From Candidatus Kerfeldbacteria bacterium (GTDB lineage: Bacteria; Patescibacteriota; Patescibacteriia; UBA9570; XYC2-FULL-38-9), in assembly GCA_016182555.1 (NCBI GenBank), contig JACPGJ010000008.1, positions 92,272 to 156,271 on the forward strand: a DNA stretch of 64,000 nt, in the 5' to 3' direction. Shown here in pieces: positions 10,460 to 20,474 of this stretch. Made by a program: the position numbers and the translations under genes. Position 1 is the stretch's first letter, and every line of letters begins with the position of its first letter. The notes under the pieces were generated by a model. It searched no databases and was not told the DNA's origin. It worked only from the letters and a program-made list of their open reading frames with translations.

Positions 10460-11614
10460 ATGGCAAAAACAAAATCAACGCTTTCACAAGCACGCATTGA
10501 ACGGTATTACAATAAAATTGTTGTGGCGTTTATCGCCATCGCTGTTCTGCTACTTCTCTGCATTGTCTATTTTTCATTTTCAAAAACAGTGATTACCGTT
10601 CACCCCGCGACCGTGAACCAAAACGTATCACTGAATGCAAAAACAGAAGATTTAGATGGTGTCGTTTTGCTTACGGAACTGGAAGATACAGCGACATTCT
10701 CTGGTAGCAGCAATAATGCATCTCACCTTGCAAAAGCTAGCGGCACAGTTACCATTTACAACAAGTACACCAAAGACCAACCGCTCGTCGCGAGTACACG
10801 ATTATTATCTGATAGCGGTGTACTCTTCCGCACCACAGAAACTGTAAACGTCAAAGCGGGAAATTCCGTACAAGTGGGCGTTGCCGCCGACCAAGAAGGA
10901 GCTGCTGGAAATATTGGTCCATCTCATTTTGAAATTGTAGCGTTATGGGACGGTTTGAAAGATGATATTTATGCGGAAAGTACGACAGCGATGACTGGTG
11001 GAGTGGTTACTGAATCGATATTAAGCCAAAGTGACATCGATCGTGCTGAAGCGACATTACGTGAAACACTAGAAAAAGAAGCACTTGACCGGTTCACTGC
11101 CGAGTTGAGTACACGAGCAGGGTTACCGGAGCAACCATACCTCGTTCAAGATATCGCCGTTGTTTCAAAAACATCTTCGACAGATGGTGCCGTTGGTGAT
11201 ACGGGTGACGAATTTCATGTCACAGAAAAAATCACCGCAGCAGCAGTTGTTGTCAATGGAAATACACTGCAAACATTTATTCAAGATCATGCACAACAAT
11301 CGATGAAGACTGGTTTTGCACTTGCAGATAGCGCAGAATCAGTGCTCAATAATGAAAAAACAGCCATCACCATTAGCACTATAAACAATGAATCAACAGC
11401 TGCCGAATTGGAAATGACCATTGAGTTGAATTCACAGTTAACTGATCAAAACAGCATTCTGGATAAGAGCGAACTGACGAATAAAACAGCAGATGAAGTA
11501 CGCGCATATTTAACAAATTTCGAAGAAGTAGATAGTGTCAATTTAACCTTTTCTCCGTTTTGGCTAAATCGCACACCTTCATTGAAAGATCATATTATTA
11601 TCAATATTCAATAA
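10460..11614 (+). CDS. Membrane-anchored protein with baseplate J/gp47-like segment
   Basis: TM, then ASGTVTIYN...VLFRTT...VAADQEGAAGNI pattern. Confidence 0.6.
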   Translation: MAKTKSTLSQARIERYYNKIVVAFIAIAVLLLLCIVYFSFSKTVITVHPATVNQNVSLNAKTEDLDGVVLLTELEDTATFSGSSNNASHLAKASGTVTIYNKYTKDQPLVASTRLLSDSGVLFRTTETVNVKAGNSVQVGVAADQEGAAGNIGPSHFEIVALWDGLKDDIYAESTTAMTGGVVTESILSQSDIDRAEATLRETLEKEALDRFTAELSTRAGLPEQPYLVQDIAVVSKTSSTDGAVGDTGDEFHVTEKITAAAVVVNGNTLQTFIQDHAQQSMKTGFALADSAESVLNNEKTAITISTINNESTAAELEMTIELNSQLTDQNSILDKSELTNKTADEVRAYLTNFEEVDSVNLTFSPFWLNRTPSLKDHIIINIQ

Positions 11615-11625
11615 TAGCTATTTTT

Positions 11626-13245
11626 ATGTTGAACAAATTTTTTATTCAAAAGTTCCTTCCCCTCTTCTTGGGGGTACTTGGTGTCACGAGTATCGTCCAT
11701 GGCGCACATGCTGCGACAATAAACATTGATAGTTCGTTAGCGCTATCGTCTACTGATTACCGCATGATCCACCATGAAATTGATGGCCAAGATTATCTGT
11801 TCGTTGCCGGTGGTGAAGATGGTGTGTTAATCTATGCTATTGCAGATTCTGGTGTCTCATCGAGCCCAACGTCAACAATCAATACTGCTGGTACAGCGGT
11901 AGATATTGCCGCCAATGGTGACTATTTGTATATTGCAGATTCATCTGCAGGAAGCGGTTTCAATACACGTGGTCACATGTTTATCTACAATATTGCTAAT
12001 CCAGCTAGCCCACAACTCACCTATGACTACTCAGTCAGTTTTACCAGTATACAAAGTGTAGAAGTCAATAATGCGGGTACTACGGCGTACGTTGGTGACC
12101 GATTATATGGTGTACATGTGTTAGATGTCGGTGATCATTCAAATCCCACAGAACTGAGCGTTTATGAAGATGGTTTATCAGCCATCGATATGACGATTGA
12201 TGGGAATACCTTATATATTTTACAATCGTTTTCTGAAGGCGCAACTGGCTATGTGTATGTACTGGATGTTAGCAGTCCTTCTAGCCCAGCAGCACTTGGT
12301 GGGGGCTCTATTTCCTATACAGCCAATGAGTTAGTTGTTCAAAATAATGTGCTCTATGTTGCCGCTGGAGCAGAAGGATTCCAAGCCTATGACTATACGA
12401 ATCCGTCGAATCCAACACTAACCGCCTCCTATGACACGACCGGAAGTACAAATGCACTCACCTTTCTTTCAGATAACGTTGCGATTATTGCAGATGGTTC
12501 GGGTGGAGTGGATGTATTGAGTGTTGCACAAGGCAGTGCGACGTTGCTCACCGAAAGCACACAAACTGAATTAAATACCGCAGTCGATGCCGTAACGGTT
12601 GGCGATCGTATCTTTATTTTAGCAAACGGCATCTATGAAATTTCACTTTCCTACTCATTTGATGTCAGCGGTTCTGCCAACGGTGATTCCGAAACCATCA
12701 CGGTAACAGAAAGTGGAAATGATTGGTGTACCATTACTGTGAATGATGGCACACTTGGTGCCCAAGCGTTCTTAGCAGATATGAATGGGGATGGCGTTAT
12801 GCATGAAATAGTCACGGCCCCTGTTGGTAAAACAAAACAACCACGGATGCGGTTGTATGATGTGGAATCGTGCGCACAACTTTCCAGCGTGAAATTGAGT
12901 GACTCTGATAAAAAACAACAGTATACCCTTGGTGTACAAAATTATTATACAACCAATGAAGCGAGTGAAATTATTGCGGCGCGCGTGTTTGAAAAAGATG
13001 ATACGTACCAATTAAGCTTGGCGGCGTATTTCGTGAAAACCGATAACACATTTTCAAAAAAAGCATCAATCACAGAAAACCCCACACAAAAAAAATTCTA
13101 TACAGAAGGATTCAAAATAAAGTTTAACACAGAAAAATCGTATCCGATCATCATTCAAGCGAAAAATAGCTCGGATATAAAAGTAAAATATCAACTGAAG
13201 AAAAAAAATGACGGATCGTTTACACTGAAGAAAAAAACCGCATAA
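11626..13245 (+). CDS. Secreted LVIVD-repeat beta-propeller protein with basic C-terminal domain
   Basis: Signal peptide ending AHA-A; repeats such as YLYIAD, GVHVLDV..SNP, VLDVSSPSSP; DMNGDG Ca-type motif; Lys-rich C-terminus. Confidence 0.75.
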   Translation: MLNKFFIQKFLPLFLGVLGVTSIVHGAHAATINIDSSLALSSTDYRMIHHEIDGQDYLFVAGGEDGVLIYAIADSGVSSSPTSTINTAGTAVDIAANGDYLYIADSSAGSGFNTRGHMFIYNIANPASPQLTYDYSVSFTSIQSVEVNNAGTTAYVGDRLYGVHVLDVGDHSNPTELSVYEDGLSAIDMTIDGNTLYILQSFSEGATGYVYVLDVSSPSSPAALGGGSISYTANELVVQNNVLYVAAGAEGFQAYDYTNPSNPTLTASYDTTGSTNALTFLSDNVAIIADGSGGVDVLSVAQGSATLLTESTQTELNTAVDAVTVGDRIFILANGIYEISLSYSFDVSGSANGDSETITVTESGNDWCTITVNDGTLGAQAFLADMNGDGVMHEIVTAPVGKTKQPRMRLYDVESCAQLSSVKLSDSDKKQQYTLGVQNYYTTNEASEIIAARVFEKDDTYQLSLAAYFVKTDNTFSKKASITENPTQKKFYTEGFKIKFNTEKSYPIIIQAKNSSDIKVKYQLKKKNDGSFTLKKKTA

Positions 13246-13258
13246 ACCTTCATCTATT

Positions 13259-15007
13259 ATGAATCAACAAGAATTAGATCATCTGCGTCACTCGTGTGCC
13301 CACTTACTTGCCGCTGCCGTCATGCAGCTCTACCCAGATGCAAAGCGCACCATTGGTCCGGCGATTGAAAATGGGTTTTATTATGACTTTGAATTTTCTT
13401 CCCCTATTTCTGAAAAAGATTTCCCAAAAATTGAAAAACGGATGCGAGAAATAGTGAAACACTGGAAAGGATTTGAGAAATATGAACTCACAGCTGAAGA
13501 AGCAAAATCGGAATACCCGGGCAACCCATATAAACACGAATTGATTGATGAATTTACTGCCAGTGGTGAACGGGTAAGTTTTTACCAATCTGGTGAGTTT
13601 CGTGATTTATGTAAAGGTGGGCATGTGGAAAAACCGAATGACGCACTGAAACATTTTAAACTGCTTTCTGTTGCCGGCGCATACTGGCGTGGAGATTCCA
13701 ACAACACCATGCTCACCCGCATTTATGGCACCTGCTTTCTCACAAAAGAAGAATTAGATCAATACCTTTTCCAAATAGAAGAAGCAGAAAAACGTGATCA
13801 CCGAAAACTGGGGAAGGAATTAGATCTTTTTACTTTTTCTCCATTAGTTGGTTCAGGGTTGCCATTATTTACACCAAATGGAACAATGCTTCGCGAGTTG
13901 CTAAACGATTTTTCACAAGGTCTGCGCATACAACAGGGTTTTCAAAAAGTATGGGTTCCTCATATTACCAAAAATGATTTGTACAAAATGTCTGGTCATT
14001 GGGATAAATTTGGTGATGAATTATTTTTAGTAAAAAGCCAAGAAACAAGCGACGAAATGGTGATGAAACCGATGAACTGTCCACACCATCAGCAAATCTA
14101 TGTTGCGAAACCACGGAGTTATCGGGACTTACCGCTGAAATATCTTGAAACTACCACCATTTACCGAGATGAAAAAGCCGGTGAGCTATTAGGTTTATCG
14201 CGTGTTCGGTCAGTCACCCAAGATGACAGCCATACGTTTTGTACTCCAGAACAAATTGAAAGCATTTACCAAAGCCTCATTGATATCGTGAAAAAATTCT
14301 ACGGAACTCTTGGTATGACATTTCGTGCACGCCTCTCTTTCCGCGACCCTTCGGCTCCTGAAAAATACCTTGGGGAGCCAGAGCTCTGGGAAAAAGCACA
14401 ATCTATTTTGTTGAATGTCGCGCAAATAAACAATTTAGATTATTTTGTTGCAGAAGGTGAAGCCGCATTCTACGGACCAAAAATTGATTTTATGGTGAAG
14501 GATGCTATTGGCCGTGAATGGCAACTGGCCACCCCACAGCTCGATTTTGTGCAACCAAAACGATTCGGATTAACTTATGTTGACGCAGCCGGAACAGAGC
14601 AAACACCGGTGATGATTCATTTTGCATTGATGGGTTCGCTTGAACGCTTTCTTTCTGTCTATATTGAACATACCGCCGGCGCGTTTCCCCTGTGGGTTTC
14701 TCCTCTACAGATGGCTATTATTTCTGTTGGCGAATCACACCGGGCACATAGTGAAGCGTTGGCTGCTGAATTTCGTACAGCCGGTATTCGCGTGGATGTA
14801 GATAACGCCGATGAAACAGTTGGAAATAAAATCCGAAAAGCGGTGAGAATGAAAGTGCCATATATGCTGGTGATTGGAGATAAAGAAATAAACTCGCAAC
14901 AGCTCATGGTACGCAAACGTGGTGAAAAAGAAGCCGCACCCATTGAAAAAGAAACATTTTTGAAGCATCTTGCACAACTCATCGCCGAACGTTCGCTTGA
15001 ATTATAA
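13259..15007 (+). CDS. thrS: Threonine--tRNA ligase (lacks N-terminal TGS domain)
   Basis: RHSCAH, DLCKGGH, RDHRKLG, KPMNCPHH, AFYGPKID. Confidence 0.97.
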   Translation: MNQQELDHLRHSCAHLLAAAVMQLYPDAKRTIGPAIENGFYYDFEFSSPISEKDFPKIEKRMREIVKHWKGFEKYELTAEEAKSEYPGNPYKHELIDEFTASGERVSFYQSGEFRDLCKGGHVEKPNDALKHFKLLSVAGAYWRGDSNNTMLTRIYGTCFLTKEELDQYLFQIEEAEKRDHRKLGKELDLFTFSPLVGSGLPLFTPNGTMLRELLNDFSQGLRIQQGFQKVWVPHITKNDLYKMSGHWDKFGDELFLVKSQETSDEMVMKPMNCPHHQQIYVAKPRSYRDLPLKYLETTTIYRDEKAGELLGLSRVRSVTQDDSHTFCTPEQIESIYQSLIDIVKKFYGTLGMTFRARLSFRDPSAPEKYLGEPELWEKAQSILLNVAQINNLDYFVAEGEAAFYGPKIDFMVKDAIGREWQLATPQLDFVQPKRFGLTYVDAAGTEQTPVMIHFALMGSLERFLSVYIEHTAGAFPLWVSPLQMAIISVGESHRAHSEALAAEFRTAGIRVDVDNADETVGNKIRKAVRMKVPYMLVIGDKEINSQQLMVRKRGEKEAAPIEKETFLKHLAQLIAERSLEL

Positions 15008-15019
15008 CGGCTACTTCCC

Positions 15020-15790
15020 ATGTATACACGCATTTTATCACTTGCCCCCAGTAACACCGAAATTTTGTTTGCCTTAGGAGCGAAAGATCGATTGATTGGC
15101 ATTACAAATTTATGTGACTATCCACAAGATACTTCGCTATATCCACGTATTGGCAACTGGATTCACGAAAATGATCCAGCTGGGTTATCAGTGTTGGAAC
15201 CAGATTTGATTCTCACTTCTATGTCTATTCCGACGGTGGTGCAAGAATGGGCAAACACTCATAATATTGAACTCGTGAATTATGTTCCGCAAACGTTGGA
15301 AAATGTGTATGAAAGTATTTTTGAAATTGGGCAGTTGATAGATACCGTTGAAGAATCGCACCACGTTGTCCATGAGATGCGCCAAGAAATTGTATTGATT
15401 GAAGAATATGCTGCAAAACTCGGGCGACGACCGCGGGTATATACCGAAGAACACAACAACCCGCCCACGGTTTCTGCCAATTGGATACCAAATCTCGTAC
15501 AAATTGCTGGTGGAATTCCAATGGCGAAACCAGGGATATCCAGTTATGTCGTAACACCAGAACAGGTGGCGGAATTTGATCCGGATATTATTATTCTTCA
15601 TTGGTCTGGATTTGGGGAACAATCACAAATTGATGAAATAACACATCGAAAAGGTTGGGAACATGTTCGTGCTGTCCGTGAAAAAAAAATATTTACCATA
15701 CATGGTTCATTATTAAACCGTCCAGGTCCTCGCTTAGCGCATGGCGTAAAACGCGCACACGAATTAATTGCTGCGCACTCAGAAAAATAA
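15020..15790 (+). CDS. BtuF/TroA-like helical-backbone cobalamin/iron-binding protein
   Basis: RILSLAPSNTEILFALG, CDYP, PDLIL, RPGPRL. Confidence 0.85.
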   Translation: MYTRILSLAPSNTEILFALGAKDRLIGITNLCDYPQDTSLYPRIGNWIHENDPAGLSVLEPDLILTSMSIPTVVQEWANTHNIELVNYVPQTLENVYESIFEIGQLIDTVEESHHVVHEMRQEIVLIEEYAAKLGRRPRVYTEEHNNPPTVSANWIPNLVQIAGGIPMAKPGISSYVVTPEQVAEFDPDIIILHWSGFGEQSQIDEITHRKGWEHVRAVREKKIFTIHGSLLNRPGPRLAHGVKRAHELIAAHSEK

Positions 15791-15791
15791 A

Positions 15792-15823
15792 AAAGTAGTC
15801 GCCCGGCAGCGGACGGCTACTTT
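15792..15823. terminator. Bidirectional intrinsic terminator
   Basis: aaagtagtcg-cccg-gcag-cgga-cggctacttt hairpin between convergent genes, with a long U-tract on the minus strand. Confidence 0.7.
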
Positions 15824-15962
15824 AGGCGTCCTCTCTCGCCTATATTCGATCAATAATGCACAGAGGCATCCTGATCGTTGCTATCGTAATTGTCAGAGTC
15901 AGAGTCAAAATCGTCGCAGTCGCCTTCTCCGGTTCGTGATACTGAATGACGATTATCGCCAT

Positions 15963-16277
15963 TCACCGCTCAAGTTCGTTGAAAAAAACTGCACATTCAC
16001 GAAACTCGTAAATGCCCATCTCCTCACGAACACCGCGAGAAGTGATAAGCACGCCAGAGGCCTTCCCCGTCCATGCACGGTCGCTGCGGACATTGAGGCA
16101 ATCAAAGTGTTGTCCATTTTCAAAATCACCTACCAATCCGAAGCCACCAGATGCGTTTGGATACAGCTCCCCATTGCTGAATAGCTGATCTTCAACCCGG
16201 CGTTCACACACAATATGCGCACAGCCGGTGAGGGAAAAAAGAACAAGTGCAGAAAAAAGAACATTATCAAGGTGCAT
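15963..16277 (-). CDS. Orphan putative lipoprotein
   Basis: AGGAGG 9 nt upstream of ATG 16277; hydrophobic leader ending in lipobox LTG-C; three further Cys. Confidence 0.55.
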   Translation of the reverse strand: MHLDNVLFSALVLFSLTGCAHIVCERRVEDQLFSNGELYPNASGGFGLVGDFENGQHFDCLNVRSDRAWTGKASGVLITSRGVREEMGIYEFRECAVFFNELER

Positions 16278-16433
16278 AAATGACTTCCTCCTCGATGTTG
16301 TTTTGCCATTGAATTTACATACATTGTTATTCAATGTATATAGCATCGTATCACGATATATTTATTCGTCAATACATGATTGTGGACAAGTAAAATCAGC
16401 ATATATGTTATATTCAACAAAAGGCCATATTCA

Positions 16434-16462
16434 TTGACCCAGCAAACCTATTTTGATACAGT
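16434..16462 (+). promoter_or_regulatory. Sigma70-type promoter of miaB
   Basis: TTGACC-17-TACAGT with TGn extension, 9 nt before the ATG. Confidence 0.6.
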
Positions 16463-16471
16463 GCGGGTACT

Positions 16472-17755
16472 ATGAAATATTTTTTGCATCCGCTTGGGTG
16501 TGCGACAAATAAAGCCGATGCCGAACGCATTGCGACTATGCTCGAAACCGTGGGTTACTCTGCCGCGGAAAGCGAGAAAGACGCAAATATTATTGGTATT
16601 GTCGCCTGCTCTATTCGCCAATCAGCAATCGACCGCATTTACGGCAAAGTACACAATTGGAATAAACGCAAAGACGCCGAACAATTAATCACCTTTGTTT
16701 CCGGCTGTATTCTCCCAGCCGACGAGAAAAAATTTTTAAAATTATTTGATTTGGTGGTGAAGCTTGACCAAGTTCCTCAAATTCCACAAATGTTAAAAGA
16801 ATATGGTGCAGTTGCTCCGCAAAATTTTTGGGAAATAAACCCACGCCGCAACTCCACTTTTAAAGCGCTCATTCCTATTCAAAATGGATGCGATAAATTT
16901 TGTACCTACTGCGCTGTCCCCTACACTCGTGGCCGCGAGGTTTCTCGTTCTTCTGCCGATATTCTTGCAGAAGTAGAACGTGTTCTCAGCGAAGGCTATA
17001 AACAAATCACCCTGCTTGGGCAAAATGTCAATTCGTACGGGTTAGATAAGCCGGGCGAAGAATTACATTTCGCACAATTATTAGACGCCATTGGAACACT
17101 AGCCGATAATGCGCCACAAAAAGTATGGGTGCACTATACCAGCCCTCATCCGCGAGATATGACTGCCGAAGTACTGGATGTGCAAGCGAAGCATCCATCA
17201 CTGGCAAACTATTTGAATTTACCGCTGCAATCCGGAAATAATGATGTGCTCAAACGCATGAACCGCCGTTATACTGTTGAACACTATATGGAAGTATTAG
17301 ATATGGCCCGCAGTAAAATTCCAACGATGACCGTTTCTACAGATATTATTGTTGGGTTCTGTGGCGAAACACCGGAGCAATTTGAAAAAACCATTGAAGC
17401 AATGGAGCGTGGGCGGTATGACTTGGCGTTTATCGCGCAATACTCCCCTCGTCCAGGTGCGGTGGCTGAAAAACGATTTGAAGATACTGTATCCAAAGAA
17501 GAAAAGGTACGCCGAGACAAAACACTCACTGAAGTGTTAAAACGAACAGCACTCGAAAATAATCAGCGTTTGGTTGGAAAAATTATTCCGGTATTGGTGG
17601 AGAATGCCAGCCGAAAGAGTGGCATGATGCTTGGTCGCAGCGAGGGGTTGAAGTCTGTCGAATTTGCTGGTGATGAATCGTTGATTGGACAATTTATTGA
17701 TATGAAAATTACACAAGCTGATTCATGGAGATTATATGGAGAAAAATATATTTAG
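16472..17755 (+). CDS. miaB: tRNA methylthiotransferase (radical SAM)
   Basis: UPF0004 cysteines (GCATN, CSIR, GCI), CDKFCTYC, STDIIVGF, C-terminal TRAM domain. Confidence 0.92.
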   Translation: MKYFLHPLGCATNKADAERIATMLETVGYSAAESEKDANIIGIVACSIRQSAIDRIYGKVHNWNKRKDAEQLITFVSGCILPADEKKFLKLFDLVVKLDQVPQIPQMLKEYGAVAPQNFWEINPRRNSTFKALIPIQNGCDKFCTYCAVPYTRGREVSRSSADILAEVERVLSEGYKQITLLGQNVNSYGLDKPGEELHFAQLLDAIGTLADNAPQKVWVHYTSPHPRDMTAEVLDVQAKHPSLANYLNLPLQSGNNDVLKRMNRRYTVEHYMEVLDMARSKIPTMTVSTDIIVGFCGETPEQFEKTIEAMERGRYDLAFIAQYSPRPGAVAEKRFEDTVSKEEKVRRDKTLTEVLKRTALENNQRLVGKIIPVLVENASRKSGMMLGRSEGLKSVEFAGDESLIGQFIDMKITQADSWRLYGEKYI

Positions 17756-18965
17756 AACATTACCAACATCTGGCGTGACTGAAGTGATGCAAAAAGCGGT
17801 CGCCGCTGGTTTTGCGTTTGATAATCCGGAATGGGCAAATCTTGGGCAAGGCGCACCAGAAGTTTCGCAGATCGATGGCGGTTTAGACCGCGTGGCCAAT
17901 ATTCCCAATGATCCCCTGCTGCAAATGTATGGCCCAGTATCTGGCCAAAAAGCCGTGCGTCAAAAAATTGCAGATTTGTATAATGCGCTCTATCGCCAGG
18001 GTTCTGCTTCAAAATATTCTTGGGAAAATGTGAGTATTTGTGGTGGCGGACGATTAGCGTTGGCTCGTATTGTGGCGACACTTGGGAATATTCGCCTTGG
18101 TAAATTCAATCCAGATTATACTGCCTATAGCGGACTTTTCGACACCTTTCCGCAGATTGAAACGGTAACGATGTCACGGGAAGGCTCAGTACCATCACCA
18201 AGACACATCAAAGAGCATCATCTCGACGCCGCACTGATTAGCAATCCCTGTAACCCAACTGGCGAAGTATTTTTTGGCGATGAACTAAAGCACTTCGTTG
18301 CATCTGCACGCGAAGAACAATACTTACTCATCATGGATGAATGCTATTCGAATTATATTTACACAAATACCAAGCAAAAAACCACGTTTGTCTCTGCTGC
18401 CGAATATATACAAGATGTCGATATTGACCCGGTACTCATTATTGATGGTGTCACCAAAACATTGCGTTATCCTGGCTGGCGAGTGTGTTGGGTACTCGGG
18501 CCAAAAGAAATGATTGCCCGTGTTGATGCGGCTGGTTCGTTTCTGGATGGCGGCGCAAATCATCCGGTGCAATCAGCAATTCTTCCACTACTCGAGCCAG
18601 AAAAATATCGCCAAGAAGCGCAAGCAATACAAAAACGTTTTCGAGAAAAAAGAGCGTATATGGTAAATCGTTTGAAAAACATTGGTTTAGCACCCACATC
18701 TGTACCAAATGGCGCTTTCTACGTCTGGGTAGATATCGCTTCACTTCCAGCGCCACTCAATACTGGCATGGCATTCATGGAAGCCGCACTCCGTAAAAAA
18801 GTGATTGTAATTCCTGGAGAATATTTCGATATCCGTTCTCACGCTGAGAAAAACAAAACCGAAAAATTATTTTCCTCATTTATTCGTATTAGTTATGGCG
18901 GGGATATGGTTACTTTGGAAAAAGGAATGGACGCTATTGAATCTTTGCTTTCAGCAACTGCGTAG
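17736..18965 (+). CDS. PLP-dependent aminotransferase class I/II
   Basis: NLGQGAPE, SNPCNPTG, DECY, TKTLRYPGWRV. Confidence 0.9.
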   Translation: MEKNIFRTLPTSGVTEVMQKAVAAGFAFDNPEWANLGQGAPEVSQIDGGLDRVANIPNDPLLQMYGPVSGQKAVRQKIADLYNALYRQGSASKYSWENVSICGGGRLALARIVATLGNIRLGKFNPDYTAYSGLFDTFPQIETVTMSREGSVPSPRHIKEHHLDAALISNPCNPTGEVFFGDELKHFVASAREEQYLLIMDECYSNYIYTNTKQKTTFVSAAEYIQDVDIDPVLIIDGVTKTLRYPGWRVCWVLGPKEMIARVDAAGSFLDGGANHPVQSAILPLLEPEKYRQEAQAIQKRFREKRAYMVNRLKNIGLAPTSVPNGAFYVWVDIASLPAPLNTGMAFMEAALRKKVIVIPGEYFDIRSHAEKNKTEKLFSSFIRISYGGDMVTLEKGMDAIESLLSATA

Positions 18966-20442
18966 CCACTTCCGGGTTCACTTTTCCTTTTGTCGCTTTC
19001 ATCACCTGTCCTACTAAAAACATTAACGCTTTTTCTTTACCGTTTTTAAAATCGCTCACAACACTGGGGTTTTCTTCAATAATTCGAGTAACGACACCAT
19101 CAATTTCTCCTGAATCTGATGTTTGTTCCAGATTATGCGTTTGCATAATTACACTCGGGTCGCCACCTTCTGCAAACATCACACGCAAAATTTTCTGACC
19201 AGCAGTAGAATTGATTCGTTTTTCAAATACTAATGTTAACAATTCCGCAAAATTTTCTGGCGTAAATTTGATCGTCGAAAAATCCTGTCCGGTTTCCTTC
19301 AACAATTTAAAAACCTCAGACGTTATCCAGCCATTCGTTAAACGACCAATTTTTTGTCTGTGTGTTTTCCAAATTTCTTTCTCTGCACCTTCTTCTCCAT
19401 GTGTTGTATTTAACCAACCACGCAATTCAGAAATTGTTTCCTCAAAAAAATTCGCAATGAACGGTTCCGCACACAAAATGCGTGCATCATGATAACTCAA
19501 TTCATATTCTTGCTTCATTCGCTCGCGTCGTTGCGCCGGCAGTTCCGGTAATTCTTTCATCAGTGCGTCAATTTCTTTAGAATCACGCACGAGTGGTGGT
19601 AAATCTGGTTCAGGGAAATAACGATAATCGGCCGCATCTTCTTTCGTGCGCTGCTCTACCGTTACACCACGCTTTTCATCCCAACCACGAGTAGTCGTCA
19701 CTTGCGGGGCTTCATGTTTTTCCCACAACTCGGTCTGGCGCGCAATTTCATATTCAATAGCCTTTTCAATATACCGTGCAGAATTCACATTTTTAATTTC
19801 TGTTTTCGGGTATAAAGCTTCATCACCAATCGGTCGCAAAGAAATATTTGCATCACACCGCATGTGTCCTTTTTCCATGTCAGCATCTGACACTCCAATA
19901 TACCGCGCAATCTGTTGCAATTCTTGTATAAACACCCGCGCTTCTGCTGCTGTGCGAATATCAGGACAAGTCACTAATTCAGCAAGTGGCGCACCAGCAC
20001 GATTAAAATCCACTAACGAATTCCCTTGAGCATCATGTTTTAATTTTGCTGCATCTTCTTCTAAATGGATGCGTTCAATGCGCACATGTTTCGGCGTGAT
20101 ATCATCTGGAAAAATTTCCAAAAACCCACCCTTCACAATAGGCTGGTCATATTGTGAAATTTGGTATCCTTTGGGAAGATCTGGATAAAAATAATTCTTC
20201 CGATCAAATTTTGTATTCAGCTGAATTTCTCCATGCACCGCAATACCTAGCAATGTCCCCAAACGAACCGCTTCTTTGTTCAACTGTGGCAACGTTCCAG
20301 GGTGTCCTAAACAAATCGGGCAAGTATACAGATTCGGCGTTTCACTTTCACCATTCGTTGAACCACAAAACATTTTGCTTTTGGTATTCAATCGCAAATG
20401 AATTTCTAGGCCAATAATGACTTCATATTTCGCTGTAGACAT
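18934..20442 (-). CDS. gatB: Asp/Glu-tRNA amidotransferase subunit B
   Basis: IGLEIH, FDRKNYFYPDLPKGYQISQ, RCDANIS, DYRYFPEPDL. Confidence 0.98.
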   Translation of the reverse strand: MSTAKYEVIIGLEIHLRLNTKSKMFCGSTNGESETPNLYTCPICLGHPGTLPQLNKEAVRLGTLLGIAVHGEIQLNTKFDRKNYFYPDLPKGYQISQYDQPIVKGGFLEIFPDDITPKHVRIERIHLEEDAAKLKHDAQGNSLVDFNRAGAPLAELVTCPDIRTAAEARVFIQELQQIARYIGVSDADMEKGHMRCDANISLRPIGDEALYPKTEIKNVNSARYIEKAIEYEIARQTELWEKHEAPQVTTTRGWDEKRGVTVEQRTKEDAADYRYFPEPDLPPLVRDSKEIDALMKELPELPAQRRERMKQEYELSYHDARILCAEPFIANFFEETISELRGWLNTTHGEEGAEKEIWKTHRQKIGRLTNGWITSEVFKLLKETGQDFSTIKFTPENFAELLTLVFEKRINSTAGQKILRVMFAEGGDPSVIMQTHNLEQTSDSGEIDGVVTRIIEENPSVVSDFKNGKEKALMFLVGQVMKATKGKVNPEVATQLLKAKIQ

Positions 20443-20474
20443 AAAAATAGATTACTATAAAGCCTGAACTTTGG

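Noticed and set aside
15975-15995. Programmed frameshift at the T7 run of the lipoprotein gene
   Set aside because: Both shifted frames reach a stop within a few codons.
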